Source: Sulfurovum sp. (GTDB taxonomy: Bacteria > Campylobacterota > Campylobacteria > Campylobacterales > Sulfurovaceae). Taken from it: a stretch of DNA of 64,000 bases. Positions 49,696-59,561 of the stretch are shown here, one piece after another. The DNA lies in NCBI RefSeq assembly GCF_036568385.1, contig NZ_DATCSP010000026.1:16224-80223 (forward strand), read 5' to 3'. The notes beneath the pieces are model-generated. The model did no database searches and had not been told where the DNA came from. It was given only the letters and a program-made list of their open reading frames with translations. Both the position numbers and the translations under genes were made by a program. Each line of letters opens with the position of its first letter. The first letter of the stretch is position 1.

Positions 49696-49766
49696 TACAA
49701 TTCTTAATATTACATTAGTTCGGGTCTATAATAGTGAGAATAAAACACTAGATGAAGGTAATAAAG

Positions 49767-51755
49767 ATGATCAAGTCAGTATGTGGATATTGCGGTGTAG
49801 GATGTGGTTTGGAATATGATGAGAAACAGCTCATAGGTAATATAGCGTATCCTGTAAACCAGGGGAATCTTTGTTCCAAAGGCATCTCAGAACTGGTAAG
49901 CATGCAAACACCGACCAGGCTACTAAGACCCTATATCAGAAAAACAATAGAGGAAACGTTTGAACAATCTGATTGGGATGAGACACTGTCATATATCGCA
50001 GAGCGTATCCAAAACACTTCTAAAGAAAAAATAGGGTTTTACCTCTCCGGACAACTCTTGACGGAAGATTATTATATAGCCAATAAACTGGCTAAAGGGT
50101 TTATAGGTACCAACAATGTCGATACGAACAGCCGTACCTGTATGGCAAGTGCAGTCGTTGCCTATAAAAAGGCCATAGGTGCAGATTTTGTACCGGTACG
50201 GATGGATGATATATTCAAATCAGATCTGCTCATATTGACCGGTGCAAATACGGCAGAGGCCCATGTCGTGTTTCATAACAGGATCAAAAAAGCCAAAAAG
50301 AATGGTCTGAAAGTAGTAGTCATAGATCCTAGAAGGACAGATACGGCAAATATAGCGGACCTCTATCTTTCCATAAAACCGGGCAGTGATATCGATTTTT
50401 TCAATCTGATATCCAAACGTTTGATAGATGAAGAGAAATATGATAAAGCGTTCGTCGCAGAACATATCAATAACTTCGAGCTGCTAAAGAACAAGTTCAA
50501 GCGTGTCCCTGTGACCAAGATGCTTAAGCGTACAGGGCTGTCACAGAAGGCGTTTGATGTATTCTGGGAACTGTATACAGAAAGCAGCAATATCATCACC
50601 GCATGGACCATGGGCCTGAACCAGTCCGTACAGGGGGTAGATAAAAACCTCGCACTGCTCAATACCCATCTGCTGACAGGAAATATATTCAAAGAAGGCT
50701 GCGGGCCACTTAGCCTTACCGGGCAGCCTAACGCGATGGGTGGCAGAGAGGTTGGCGGGCTTTCGACCATGCTGGCTGTCCATCTTGGCTTTGATGAAGA
50801 GAGTATACAAAAGGTTTCGAAGTTCTGGAAGACGGATAAGATCGACAGCAAACCCGGGCTGACCTCTACTCAGATGCTGGAAGCAGAACTGGATGTCCTC
50901 ATTATATGTCATACGGATCCTATCTATCATCTCCCGAACAGAAGGAGGGTAGAGGAGCAGATCGCCAAGATCCCTCTGGTCGTCGAGATCAATGCCTATG
51001 ACAACTCCGAGACTGGCAGATATGCACATATCAGGCTTCCTGCGGCACCCTGGGGCGAGAAAGAGGGAACACAGACCAACCTCGACCGTACCATTACCAA
51101 ACAAGAGCGTCTCACCAGAACATCCATTGACTGCAAACCCGACTGGGAGATATTTCAGCTTCTTGCACAAAAACTCGGGTTTCAGAGAGCGTTTAATTTT
51201 GATACGCCGAAAGAGATATTCAAAGAGTATCAAAAAATGACCAAACTCAATAACCATATGGATATCTCTGAAGCAGACTATGATGAGATGACACATAGAC
51301 CGTTTGTATGGGGAGAAAAGATCAAACATTTTTTAACGCCGGATAAAAAAGGGAATCTCTTCTTCGTAGAAAATAAGCTGATGAGTGAAAAGACAAACCT
51401 CGAGTTTCCCTTTATACTCTTGACCGGCAGAACTAGGGACCAGTGGCATAGCGGTACCAAGACCAATTTACCACAGACTTTACTCAAACACAAACCTTTG
51501 AACTTTTGTGAGATACATCCTGAGGATGCGAAACATCTAGGGGTCAAAGAGGGTGACACGATCAAAGTAAGTTCTAGAAGAGGAGAGATCCTTACCAAGG
51601 CACTGTTGACCGGGAAGATACATCAAAAATCCATCTTCATACCGATCAGTAACCGCGAGATCAACTATCTGACAAATGATCTTCTTGATAAGGAGTCTTT
51701 GCAACCGGACTACAACCAGAGCGCAGTAAAAATAGAAAGGATCACTTATGCCTAG
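49767..51755 (+). CDS. nasA: assimilatory nitrate reductase catalytic subunit (molybdopterin oxidoreductase)
   Basis: N-terminal 4Fe-4S motif 'CGYCGVGCG...C' and MopB/molydopterin-binding layout. ATG 49767 or 49752 are both possible starts. Confidence 0.85.
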   Translation: MIKSVCGYCGVGCGLEYDEKQLIGNIAYPVNQGNLCSKGISELVSMQTPTRLLRPYIRKTIEETFEQSDWDETLSYIAERIQNTSKEKIGFYLSGQLLTEDYYIANKLAKGFIGTNNVDTNSRTCMASAVVAYKKAIGADFVPVRMDDIFKSDLLILTGANTAEAHVVFHNRIKKAKKNGLKVVVIDPRRTDTANIADLYLSIKPGSDIDFFNLISKRLIDEEKYDKAFVAEHINNFELLKNKFKRVPVTKMLKRTGLSQKAFDVFWELYTESSNIITAWTMGLNQSVQGVDKNLALLNTHLLTGNIFKEGCGPLSLTGQPNAMGGREVGGLSTMLAVHLGFDEESIQKVSKFWKTDKIDSKPGLTSTQMLEAELDVLIICHTDPIYHLPNRRRVEEQIAKIPLVVEINAYDNSETGRYAHIRLPAAPWGEKEGTQTNLDRTITKQERLTRTSIDCKPDWEIFQLLAQKLGFQRAFNFDTPKEIFKEYQKMTKLNNHMDISEADYDEMTHRPFVWGEKIKHFLTPDKKGNLFFVENKLMSEKTNLEFPFILLTGRTRDQWHSGTKTNLPQTLLKHKPLNFCEIHPEDAKHLGVKEGDTIKVSSRRGEILTKALLTGKIHQKSIFIPISNREINYLTNDLLDKESLQPDYNQSAVKIERITYA

Positions 51756-53025
51756 CACACTTCCCATTTTGTTGAAAGATAAAAAAATACTTCTTATTGG
51801 CGGAGGCAATGTTGCTCTCCAAAAAGCGGAAGTACTTGCTGATAACGATATCAGATTCAGGATCATCTCAAAAGAGATCAATGGTCGTCTGGCGAAACTG
51901 ACCGATCATGTGATCCAAAAAGAGTTTGAGCTCAAAGACATTGAGAATGAACCGATCATCATTGATGCCACGGGAAACCCTGGTGTCACCCAAAAACTGC
52001 TGGAGTATAAAATGAAGCATCCTATTCTGCTTAATGTCGTGGATCAACCCAAATATTGTGATTTCTATTTTATGGCACTGACCAAGAACAGGCCGCTGCA
52101 GATCGCAGTATCAAGCAACGGTGCCAGTCCGACTGCAGCCAAATATTTCCGTGACCAGTGCGAAGCGATGATACCTGTAGATATTACAGCCTTCCTGACA
52201 CAGAAACAGAAAGAACGTGACCGGGGAGTGATATCGATACCGGAAACGATAAAGGAACTCAAATCAAAAAGTGCGAAGGTCTATCTTGTCGGCTGCGGTA
52301 TCGGGGATCCGGAGCTGCTGACCGTAAAGGCATATAAAATCATACAGAACGTTGATGTGGTCCTATATGACCACCTAATCAGTAAGGAGATCATAGCTTT
52401 GGTCCCTGATCATACGAAAAAAGTGTTTGTCGGAAAGCAGAAGGGGTATCACTCAAGGTCTCAAGAAGAGATCAATGCACTGATCCTGCATTATGCCGGC
52501 CAGGGAAAAAAAATCGCGAGGCTGAAAAGCGGAGATCCTTTTGTTTTTGGACGTGGCGCAGAAGAGCTTATGGTCTTGACGCAGCAGTACATAGATACAG
52601 AAGTGATCCCAGGTATCAGTTCGTCCATTTCCGCACCTCTCATGGGGAACATACCTGTCACTGCCAGAGGATATGCCAGTGGATTTACGGTGGTATCAGC
52701 CCATCTCAAAGGCAACCGCATCAATCTTGACTGGATCGATCTTCTGGCCAAAGAGAATCATACGGTAGTGGTATTAATGGGCTTGAGCCGCATAAAGGAA
52801 ATTGTCGCACAAGCCAATAAACTGGGTATATCCCCGCAAAAACCGTGTGCCGTTATCTCCAATGCCAGCAGACCTGACCAGAAGATCCTCACCACAACAT
52901 TGGAACATCTGCAAAGAGATGCACATGAGATGCCCAGACCGGCAATTATAGTGTTCGGTGATGTCGTTACATTTAACACACAACTTAAAGGAGTAGAAAA
53001 TGAACAGTTTGCAGCATGCTTTTAG
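51748..53025 (+). CDS. cysG: siroheme synthase (precorrin-2 dehydrogenase/ferrochelatase + uroporphyrinogen-III C-methyltransferase)
   Basis: N-terminal Rossmann 'LLIGGGNVA'. C-terminal 'VYLVGCGIGDPELLT' and 'RLKSGDPFVFGRG'. Overlaps nasA by 8 nt. Confidence 0.85.
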   Translation: MPSTLPILLKDKKILLIGGGNVALQKAEVLADNDIRFRIISKEINGRLAKLTDHVIQKEFELKDIENEPIIIDATGNPGVTQKLLEYKMKHPILLNVVDQPKYCDFYFMALTKNRPLQIAVSSNGASPTAAKYFRDQCEAMIPVDITAFLTQKQKERDRGVISIPETIKELKSKSAKVYLVGCGIGDPELLTVKAYKIIQNVDVVLYDHLISKEIIALVPDHTKKVFVGKQKGYHSRSQEEINALILHYAGQGKKIARLKSGDPFVFGRGAEELMVLTQQYIDTEVIPGISSSISAPLMGNIPVTARGYASGFTVVSAHLKGNRINLDWIDLLAKENHTVVVLMGLSRIKEIVAQANKLGISPQKPCAVISNASRPDQKILTTTLEHLQRDAHEMPRPAIIVFGDVVTFNTQLKGVENEQFAACF

Positions 53026-54589
53026 CGAGCGAAATCAAAAGATCAATAAGATCGAAAAGATAAAAGAAGTCAAAACACCTATGAGTGTCTATAAGGAACT
53101 ACAGAGTATCTCTTCTTCGGGGCTGGAAAACCTCAATGAGGAAGATGTCAGTTTCTTTCTAAAATGCTTTGGAGCCTTTTTAAAGAAGGATGGGAAATTT
53201 ATGCTGCGGTTACGTATACCCGGAGGACAGTTGAGCATGATGCAGGCTGCCAGAATAGGCGAACTATCCAAGGCATACGGTGAAGACTATATCGATATCA
53301 CGACCAGACAGCAGATAGAGATGAGGTATATCAAACTCGAAAATCTCTATAGGGTGATCAAGGGGCTTGATGAGGTAGGGATATCTACGTTTCAAACCGG
53401 TGTAGACAACTTTAGAAATATAGTAACAAGCGCTTTTGACGGGCTGGGTGTTCTTAATGTCATCAGGACCAAACCGCTGATCGATGCACTTCAATCCATC
53501 TTTTTAAAACAGGATGAATGGATCGGTACGCTGCCGCGCAAGTTCAATACCGCCATACTGGGAACGACGATCAATGACTGTAACATCTATGGGCATGACT
53601 GCTGTTTTATCCTGGCGCAAAAAGAGAATGAAACAGGTTTCAACCTCTATCTGGGAGGCCGAGTAGGTGTTCAGGCACGAGATACTGGACTGTTTGTCAA
53701 AGAAAGTGAAGTGAAAGCTGCCTTTCATGCAGTGATCCATCTCTTTAAAAAATACGGATTCAGAGATAACAGGAACAAGAACAGACTACACTTTCTACTT
53801 GAAGCGGTCGGGATGGAAGCGTTCGTTGAGGCGATCAAGGCGCAAAGTGGTCTGCAGTTTGAAGATAGTGGAAAAGTATTGGCCAAGGAAGAGTTCATGC
53901 TGGATGAGAGTGGCGTCTTTGACCTGGGACAAGGGCTTTCAGCAGTACATATCAGTATACCCAGCGGTATTTTTACCGGTGAGAGCTTCATTGAGGTAGC
54001 CAGGCTCGCTGAGCAGGTGGAAGGAGAGATCAGATTAAGTGTTGAACAGAGTCTCTATATCGTTACCGAATCCGAAAAGGTCAATAGTGTAAAGGAGTCT
54101 CTGCTGTTTGATATCTATCAGCGCTATCATAATACCTATTTCAACCATCAGATCGCGTGTGCGGGAACGGCGACATGTGCATTTGGCGTGATCGCCAATA
54201 AACCCGATGCCATTGCGATGGCAAACTTTCTGCAAAAGGAAGTTCCGATACCTGGGGGGAAAGTACGAATGTACTGGAGTGCCTGTCCCAAAGGATGCGG
54301 GATACACGGCGTAGCAGATATCGGTTTCGAGGGATGTATAGCTAAAGATGCAGAGGGGAATAAGGTTGACGGGGTACATATCTATCTTGGCGGTAAAGCC
54401 ACCAAAGAAGCAAAAGAAGCCCGACAGCTTTATAGATCTTTGCCTCTTAGCGAAGCGAAGTATATGGTGAAACGTCTGATGGAGATCTACAGAGACAATA
54501 GATATGATGATGAAAGCTTTGAATCATTCGATTCCAGGGTTTTGTGTAAGCTCTCAACAGATGAAATCGTACAATTGATAGAGGTGTAA
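53000..54589 (+). CDS. nirA: ferredoxin-nitrite reductase (siroheme/4Fe-4S NirA type)
   Basis: Two NIR_SIR ferredoxin-like halves and the cluster 'CAGTATCAF...CPKGCG'. AAGGAG RBS 8 nt upstream. Overlaps cysG by 26 nt. Confidence 0.85.
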   Translation: MNSLQHAFSERNQKINKIEKIKEVKTPMSVYKELQSISSSGLENLNEEDVSFFLKCFGAFLKKDGKFMLRLRIPGGQLSMMQAARIGELSKAYGEDYIDITTRQQIEMRYIKLENLYRVIKGLDEVGISTFQTGVDNFRNIVTSAFDGLGVLNVIRTKPLIDALQSIFLKQDEWIGTLPRKFNTAILGTTINDCNIYGHDCCFILAQKENETGFNLYLGGRVGVQARDTGLFVKESEVKAAFHAVIHLFKKYGFRDNRNKNRLHFLLEAVGMEAFVEAIKAQSGLQFEDSGKVLAKEEFMLDESGVFDLGQGLSAVHISIPSGIFTGESFIEVARLAEQVEGEIRLSVEQSLYIVTESEKVNSVKESLLFDIYQRYHNTYFNHQIACAGTATCAFGVIANKPDAIAMANFLQKEVPIPGGKVRMYWSACPKGCGIHGVADIGFEGCIAKDAEGNKVDGVHIYLGGKATKEAKEARQLYRSLPLSEAKYMVKRLMEIYRDNRYDDESFESFDSRVLCKLSTDEIVQLIEV

Positions 54590-54774
54590 TACAGAGAAGT
54601 ACCTTATCGCAGCATATGAGGCATGCGGTTATTATCTGGAGCACTTTAGTATTCGATGAATAACTAGATAGTCAAATCGTTTTAAAGGTAGCGTAAAAAG
54701 AGATCTACTGAAGGGTCAGGCCATAACGATAAAAGCTGATTTTGTGTACCATTGTATTCAAAAAGGCTATGACA

Positions 54775-55329
54775 ATGGTTGAACTTCTTATTCTGGCAGT
54801 TGCATTAAGCATGGATGCCTTCGCCGTATCTCTCGGGCTGGGTTCCAAGCAGGCCGTGTTCGACAGATGGCTGGCCGTAAAGGTCGGGATTTTCTTTGGT
54901 TTTTTTCAGGGATTGATGCCCCTTATCGGCTATCTTGCGGGTATCGGTCTTGAAAGTTTTATAGAGTCGGTCGATCACTGGGTCGCATTTGTCCTTCTGA
55001 GCCTTGTCGGATCAAAGATGATCTATGAAAGCTTTGGCGAACCGGTAGAAGAAGAGATCTCGCAGGTCACGAACAAGGTCCTGCTCCTGCTGGCCATTGC
55101 AACGAGCATCGATGCCATGGCAGCAGGATTTACACTGACATTGATGGGACCCACGGTAGCGGTGTCTGTCTTTGTCATCGGGCTGACCACATTTGTTTTC
55201 AGCTATGCCGGTGTATGGTTCGGCACCCGCGGCGGAGCCTACCTCGAAAGCAAGGCCGAACTGCTCGGAGGGGCAGTGCTGATCGCGATCGGTTTGAAGA
55301 TCCTTGTCGAGCACACCCTTTTGGGTTGA
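54775..55329 (+). CDS. mntP: manganese efflux pump MntP
   Basis: 'LSMDAFAVSLGLG' and a second 'SIDAMAAGF' repeat. Six TM segments. Confidence 0.8.
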   Translation: MVELLILAVALSMDAFAVSLGLGSKQAVFDRWLAVKVGIFFGFFQGLMPLIGYLAGIGLESFIESVDHWVAFVLLSLVGSKMIYESFGEPVEEEISQVTNKVLLLLAIATSIDAMAAGFTLTLMGPTVAVSVFVIGLTTFVFSYAGVWFGTRGGAYLESKAELLGGAVLIAIGLKILVEHTLLG

Positions 55330-55512
55330 GCGTCTCCAGGCACACTCCCTGCTTCAGGGTTGAAGAAGCCGTTTTTGACTTATGACCATAGTAGGCTATA
55401 ATAAAGAAATCGGCATGTTATGATGTCTGGTCAGTACAACGCTTCAAGTGTCTTTGATCGGCATGATGGGTGTACTGGAAATTTACAGTCTGTTGTATGG
55501 GGGAAAATAGCA

Positions 55513-57240
55513 ATGAGTCATGTCATCACGGTCTCTATTTCAGGTTCAGGCGGAAGCGGTGCGGTCACGGCGGGGTCGGTACTGCTTAAAGGCATGGCCA
55601 ATGCCGGATTTTACGGTCACCTTTCCCGTTTTTCAGGTCCGCAGATACGCGGCGGCGAATCGGCTGTCATAGTGAATTTTTCAGACCATCCTGTTGAATA
55701 TGCCGCCGATGCAAGCGACCTGCATTTTGCCTTCGACTGGCGCGGTTTTGAACGTTTTGGGGATGAGATCCCTTTGGACAGGCACAGCCGTATACTCTAT
55801 GACACGGCACAGGAAGCACTTCCTGAAAGCCTTGAGAAGACCGGTGCTGCTGTCGTTGACGTACCATTGCACCAAGAGGTGAAACATCGGAAGGGAAGCC
55901 ATCCGAGTTCCTTTGCCATCGGGATCATAGCAGCGCAGATAGGTCTGCCTTATGCGTCTCTTGAAAAGGCGGTGCAGCAGCTATTCGGGAAAAAAGGAGA
56001 AGCGTTCGTTTCCGGTATGCTTGATGCGGTTCGGACAGGGTTTCATTTGCTCGAAACAAAGGACCCGATGATCAAGCACTGGCAGCCAGAGCAGACGACC
56101 CGCTGGAATATCAGCGGCAATGAGGCCTGTGCCCTGGGAGCACTCAGAGGAGGCATCAAGTTCGTTGCAGCCTATCCCATCACACCGGCGAGTGATATTG
56201 TGGAGTATCTCGCACCGCGTATCGAGCAAACAGGGGGGAATGTCCTGATCGCAGAAGATGAGCTCGCTGCGATGAATATGGTAATCGGCAGCTCTTTTGG
56301 CGGCAAACCCTCGATGACGGCAACGTCCGGGCCGGGATTTTCCCTAATGACCGAAGCGATGGGACTGGCCATCGCCAGTGAAACCCCCGCATTGGTCATC
56401 AATGTCATGCGCGGCGGGCCATCGACCGGACTTCCTACCAAATCCGAACAGACCGATCTCAACCAGGCACTCTTCGGAATGCATGGCGAGGCACCGCATG
56501 TGGTGCTTGCCCCGCTGAGCATAGCAGATTGTGTGCTGACCACGCAATGGGCAGTGGGACTGGCAGAAGCGCTGCAGACGCTGGTCGTACTGCTGTCGGA
56601 CCAGAGACTCGGCCAGTCAAGAGCGATCATAGACGCCGTGCCTTCCAAAACGTTCGGGCTGAAGCGAAAGGTTCTGCCAGAACAGGCACAGGCAGAGAAA
56701 AAGAGCTATGAGCGTTATGGGATGACAGCGGACCATGTCACGCCGATGGCGATCCCGGGGAATACAGGAGAGTGCTATACGGCGGACGGATTGGAACACA
56801 CCGTTACCGGGAAACCCTCTTCCGCCGCTTCTGACCACCAGCAGCAGTTGGAAAAACGAAGTAGGAAAATTACCCGGTTCGCCTATGGGGAAATGTGGGC
56901 AGAGATCGTGAAGGCGCCCAAAGGGTCGAGCATCGCGGTACTGACCTGGGGATCTGCATTTGCCAATGTAAAAAAGGCTGTGCTTGAGCTGAATAGCGAG
57001 GGGTACGGCATAGACCTGATAGCACTGCGTCTTTTGATGCCTTTGCAGGCGGATGAGATCTGGAAACTATCTGAAGAGAAACTGGTCATCGTGATCGAGC
57101 AGTCCCATTCAGGACAATTGTACCACTATTGTCTGGGACAGGGGGCTATCGACCGTTCTGCGGTATCGTTGGCAAAACCCGGACCTTTGGTATTGAAAAC
57201 CACAGAGATCAAAGACTTTATCAGGGAGGTGTCAGCATGA
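55513..57240 (+). CDS. 2-oxoacid:ferredoxin oxidoreductase, fused gamma/alpha subunit (KorA type)
   Basis: 'ISGSGGSGAVTAG' gamma-like N-terminus. 'AAYPITPASDI' and 'SGPGFSLMTEAMG' in the alpha domain. ATG 55513 chosen over 55420. Confidence 0.85.
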   Translation: MSHVITVSISGSGGSGAVTAGSVLLKGMANAGFYGHLSRFSGPQIRGGESAVIVNFSDHPVEYAADASDLHFAFDWRGFERFGDEIPLDRHSRILYDTAQEALPESLEKTGAAVVDVPLHQEVKHRKGSHPSSFAIGIIAAQIGLPYASLEKAVQQLFGKKGEAFVSGMLDAVRTGFHLLETKDPMIKHWQPEQTTRWNISGNEACALGALRGGIKFVAAYPITPASDIVEYLAPRIEQTGGNVLIAEDELAAMNMVIGSSFGGKPSMTATSGPGFSLMTEAMGLAIASETPALVINVMRGGPSTGLPTKSEQTDLNQALFGMHGEAPHVVLAPLSIADCVLTTQWAVGLAEALQTLVVLLSDQRLGQSRAIIDAVPSKTFGLKRKVLPEQAQAEKKSYERYGMTADHVTPMAIPGNTGECYTADGLEHTVTGKPSSAASDHQQQLEKRSRKITRFAYGEMWAEIVKAPKGSSIAVLTWGSAFANVKKAVLELNSEGYGIDLIALRLLMPLQADEIWKLSEEKLVIVIEQSHSGQLYHYCLGQGAIDRSAVSLAKPGPLVLKTTEIKDFIREVSA

Positions 57241-58067
57241 AAGATCAGTCGCATGAAGCGCTAACGGCAAAGGATTATTTATCAGATGTCCATCCTATAT
57301 GGTGTCCCGGATGCGGGCACTTCTTCATTCTTCGGGCACTGGCGAAGGCACTTGCCTGGCTCAGGATCCCCAATGAGCAGATCGCTGTGGTCTCGGGTAT
57401 CGGCTGCTCTTCGAGAATACCGGCCTATTTGAACACCTATGGATTTCATGGGCTGCATGGCCGTGCATTGCCCTTGGCTGCAGGCCTGAAAACCTCACGG
57501 CCGGATATGCACGTCATTGTCGCCGGCGGTGACGGAGACGGCTACTCGATAGGGGGAAACCATTTTCTCCATGCCTGCCGCCGCAATATGGATATGACCT
57601 ATATCGTCATGGACAATGAAGTCTACGGCATGACAAAAGGCCAGCCCTCGCCCACGACAGAACCGGACTGGGAAGCGAAACTTGCACCGCACGGCACCGG
57701 CATACGCACGTTCAATCCGCTTGGGATCGCACTGGCGTCCGGAGCCAGTTTCATAGCGCGGGGATTTGCGGGAGACCAGAACGGTCTTACAAAACTGATC
57801 GTGGATGCCATAGAACATAAGGGCTTTTCGCTCGTGGAGGTCAAGAGCCCCTGTGTGACCTTTCGTCCGGAAGAAAAAGAGTGGCAAAAGACCATGCGCA
57901 GGATGAACATTGAACCGACCGCTGATGTGATAGAAGCAGCGCAGAGGATCCATGGAAGCGATGGACTGGACACCGGGATCTTCTACCGGGCAGAGCATGC
58001 GGTGTACCAACCCGGTACTTCGGAAGAAAAAAGCATGGCCGATCTTGAAAAGGAGTTTGAAGTATGA
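57237..58067 (+). CDS. 2-oxoacid:ferredoxin oxidoreductase beta subunit (TPP-binding, KorB type)
   Basis: 'WCPGCGHF' and 'GGDGDGYSIGGNH...MDNEVYGMTKGQ'. ATGA overlap with the alpha-subunit stop. Confidence 0.85.
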   Translation: MKDQSHEALTAKDYLSDVHPIWCPGCGHFFILRALAKALAWLRIPNEQIAVVSGIGCSSRIPAYLNTYGFHGLHGRALPLAAGLKTSRPDMHVIVAGGDGDGYSIGGNHFLHACRRNMDMTYIVMDNEVYGMTKGQPSPTTEPDWEAKLAPHGTGIRTFNPLGIALASGASFIARGFAGDQNGLTKLIVDAIEHKGFSLVEVKSPCVTFRPEEKEWQKTMRRMNIEPTADVIEAAQRIHGSDGLDTGIFYRAEHAVYQPGTSEEKSMADLEKEFEV

Positions 58068-58501
58068 GTCAGGATAAAGAAAAACATATACCTGCGAACT
58101 GGGTACTTTCGGCACTGATTGAGATGATCGATGAGACCCTTTATCATACCCAGACCTTTGCACATGCCTTGCGATCACATAACAATGAGCAGGCGGCCAG
58201 TGTTTTCTTTCTTGCCTGCGAACAGTTTGAAACGGAAAAAGAGATAGTGGCGGAACATACGCAAAATGATGGTCTGCCCTCCATCCCTCCCTGGGAGATG
58301 CCTTTTCCGGAGTATCAGCATCCTTCCTCGCACTTGACGGAAGCGCATTACCTGATGACGGAAAACGAAGCCAGAAAAGCAACAGAGAGGCTGATCGGTG
58401 CCCACCAAACCTTCTATGCCACTCTACTGAAGGAGAACAGGGAAGAGCAGGTGATCCGGTGTGTCGAGGTCTTGGTGAGGCATCATGAAGTGTGGAAATA
58501 A
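58064..58501 (+). CDS. hypothetical helical protein translationally coupled to korB
   Basis: ATGA start/stop overlap with korB. 145 aa. No family recognised by eye. Confidence 0.5.
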   Translation: MSQDKEKHIPANWVLSALIEMIDETLYHTQTFAHALRSHNNEQAASVFFLACEQFETEKEIVAEHTQNDGLPSIPPWEMPFPEYQHPSSHLTEAHYLMTENEARKATERLIGAHQTFYATLLKENREEQVIRCVEVLVRHHEVWK

Positions 58502-58580
58502 AAGGTTTCATCGGTTTTACAGATAATTGGCTAAAATAGGGAATGGAATAGTATCAAACAGAGTAGAGGAGTATGAACAC

Positions 58581-59444
58581 ATGGCATCGGGAATTTTTGC
58601 GCTTTTAGACGATATAGTGCTTCTGGCAGACGATGTGGCAGTGACCACCAAAATAGCCACACAAAAAACATCAGCGATATTGGGAGATGACCTCGCGGTC
58701 AATGCAGAAAAAGCAACGGGCTTTGACCAGCACCGTGAGCTCAAAGTGATCTGGGCGATCACCAAAGGTTCGCTTCTGAACAAAGCGATCATCCTGCCTC
58801 TGGCATTTTTGCTCAGCGCTTTCGCTCCTTCACTGATCCCCTATATTCTCATTATCGGAGGGCTTTACCTTTTATACGAAGGGGTCGAAAAGATAGAGGA
58901 GTACTTTCATAAGAAACAGGGAGAGACAGCGCATGAAAAGGAGCTTTTGGAGTCCACTGAGGAAAATATCCTTGACGTGGAAAAGCAAAAGATAAGATCC
59001 GCGATCACCACGGATTTTATCTTATCGGTTGAAATCGTGATACTGGCCCTTGGCACAGTACTTGACAAGCCTTTTGCCGTACAGATCTTTTCTACCACTT
59101 TGGTCGCGCTGATCGCTACCTTTGGCGTCTATGGACTGGTGGCGCTGATCGTAAGAATGGACAATATGGGATTCTGGCTCATTGGAAGGGGTAAAGTGGC
59201 GGCAGGAACTTTCCTGGTCTCGCTGATGCCGAAAGTGATCAAAGTGCTCGCTGTGATAGGAACGATCGCGATGCTTTTGGTAGGAGGCGGTATACTTTCC
59301 CATCATGTTGATTTTATCCACCACTATATGATGGTGGAAGCTGTTCCGGTCATTTTGAACGAACTGCTTGTAGGGCTGATCGTAGGTGCCGTGGTCGTCG
59401 CGGTCGTTAAGATCTTTTCTGCACTCAAAAGTATGGGAGAGTAA
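58581..59444 (+). CDS. DUF808 (YedI-like) membrane protein
   Basis: 'MASGIFALLDDIVLLADDVA' N-terminus is typical of DUF808. GAGGA RBS 10 nt upstream. Confidence 0.75.
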   Translation: MASGIFALLDDIVLLADDVAVTTKIATQKTSAILGDDLAVNAEKATGFDQHRELKVIWAITKGSLLNKAIILPLAFLLSAFAPSLIPYILIIGGLYLLYEGVEKIEEYFHKKQGETAHEKELLESTEENILDVEKQKIRSAITTDFILSVEIVILALGTVLDKPFAVQIFSTTLVALIATFGVYGLVALIVRMDNMGFWLIGRGKVAAGTFLVSLMPKVIKVLAVIGTIAMLLVGGGILSHHVDFIHHYMMVEAVPVILNELLVGLIVGAVVVAVVKIFSALKSMGE

Positions 59445-59561
59445 GATTTTTCCGCTATACTTATCAGAGTGCGAGAGAAAACTGCATTTATTATCGCAGA
59501 CGATACACGAAAGAAGGTTGCAGCGCTGCACGCCGGTTTGACTTTAGCGAAAGGAGAATAT

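Noticed and set aside
50541-51329. 262-aa ORF on the - strand
   Set aside because: It is antisense to nasA, which has the Fe-S and molybdopterin oxidoreductase signatures.
54590-54774. Possible yybP-ykoY manganese riboswitch upstream of mntP
   Set aside because: I looked for the conserved GGGGAGUAG / GAGAC-type cores expected for this riboswitch and did not see them. This cannot be excluded without a covariance-model scan.
57495-58511. 338-aa ORF on the - strand
   Set aside because: It is antisense to korB and the coupled 145-aa gene. It is Arg/Pro/Ser-rich, as is typical of reverse frames in G+C-rich DNA.
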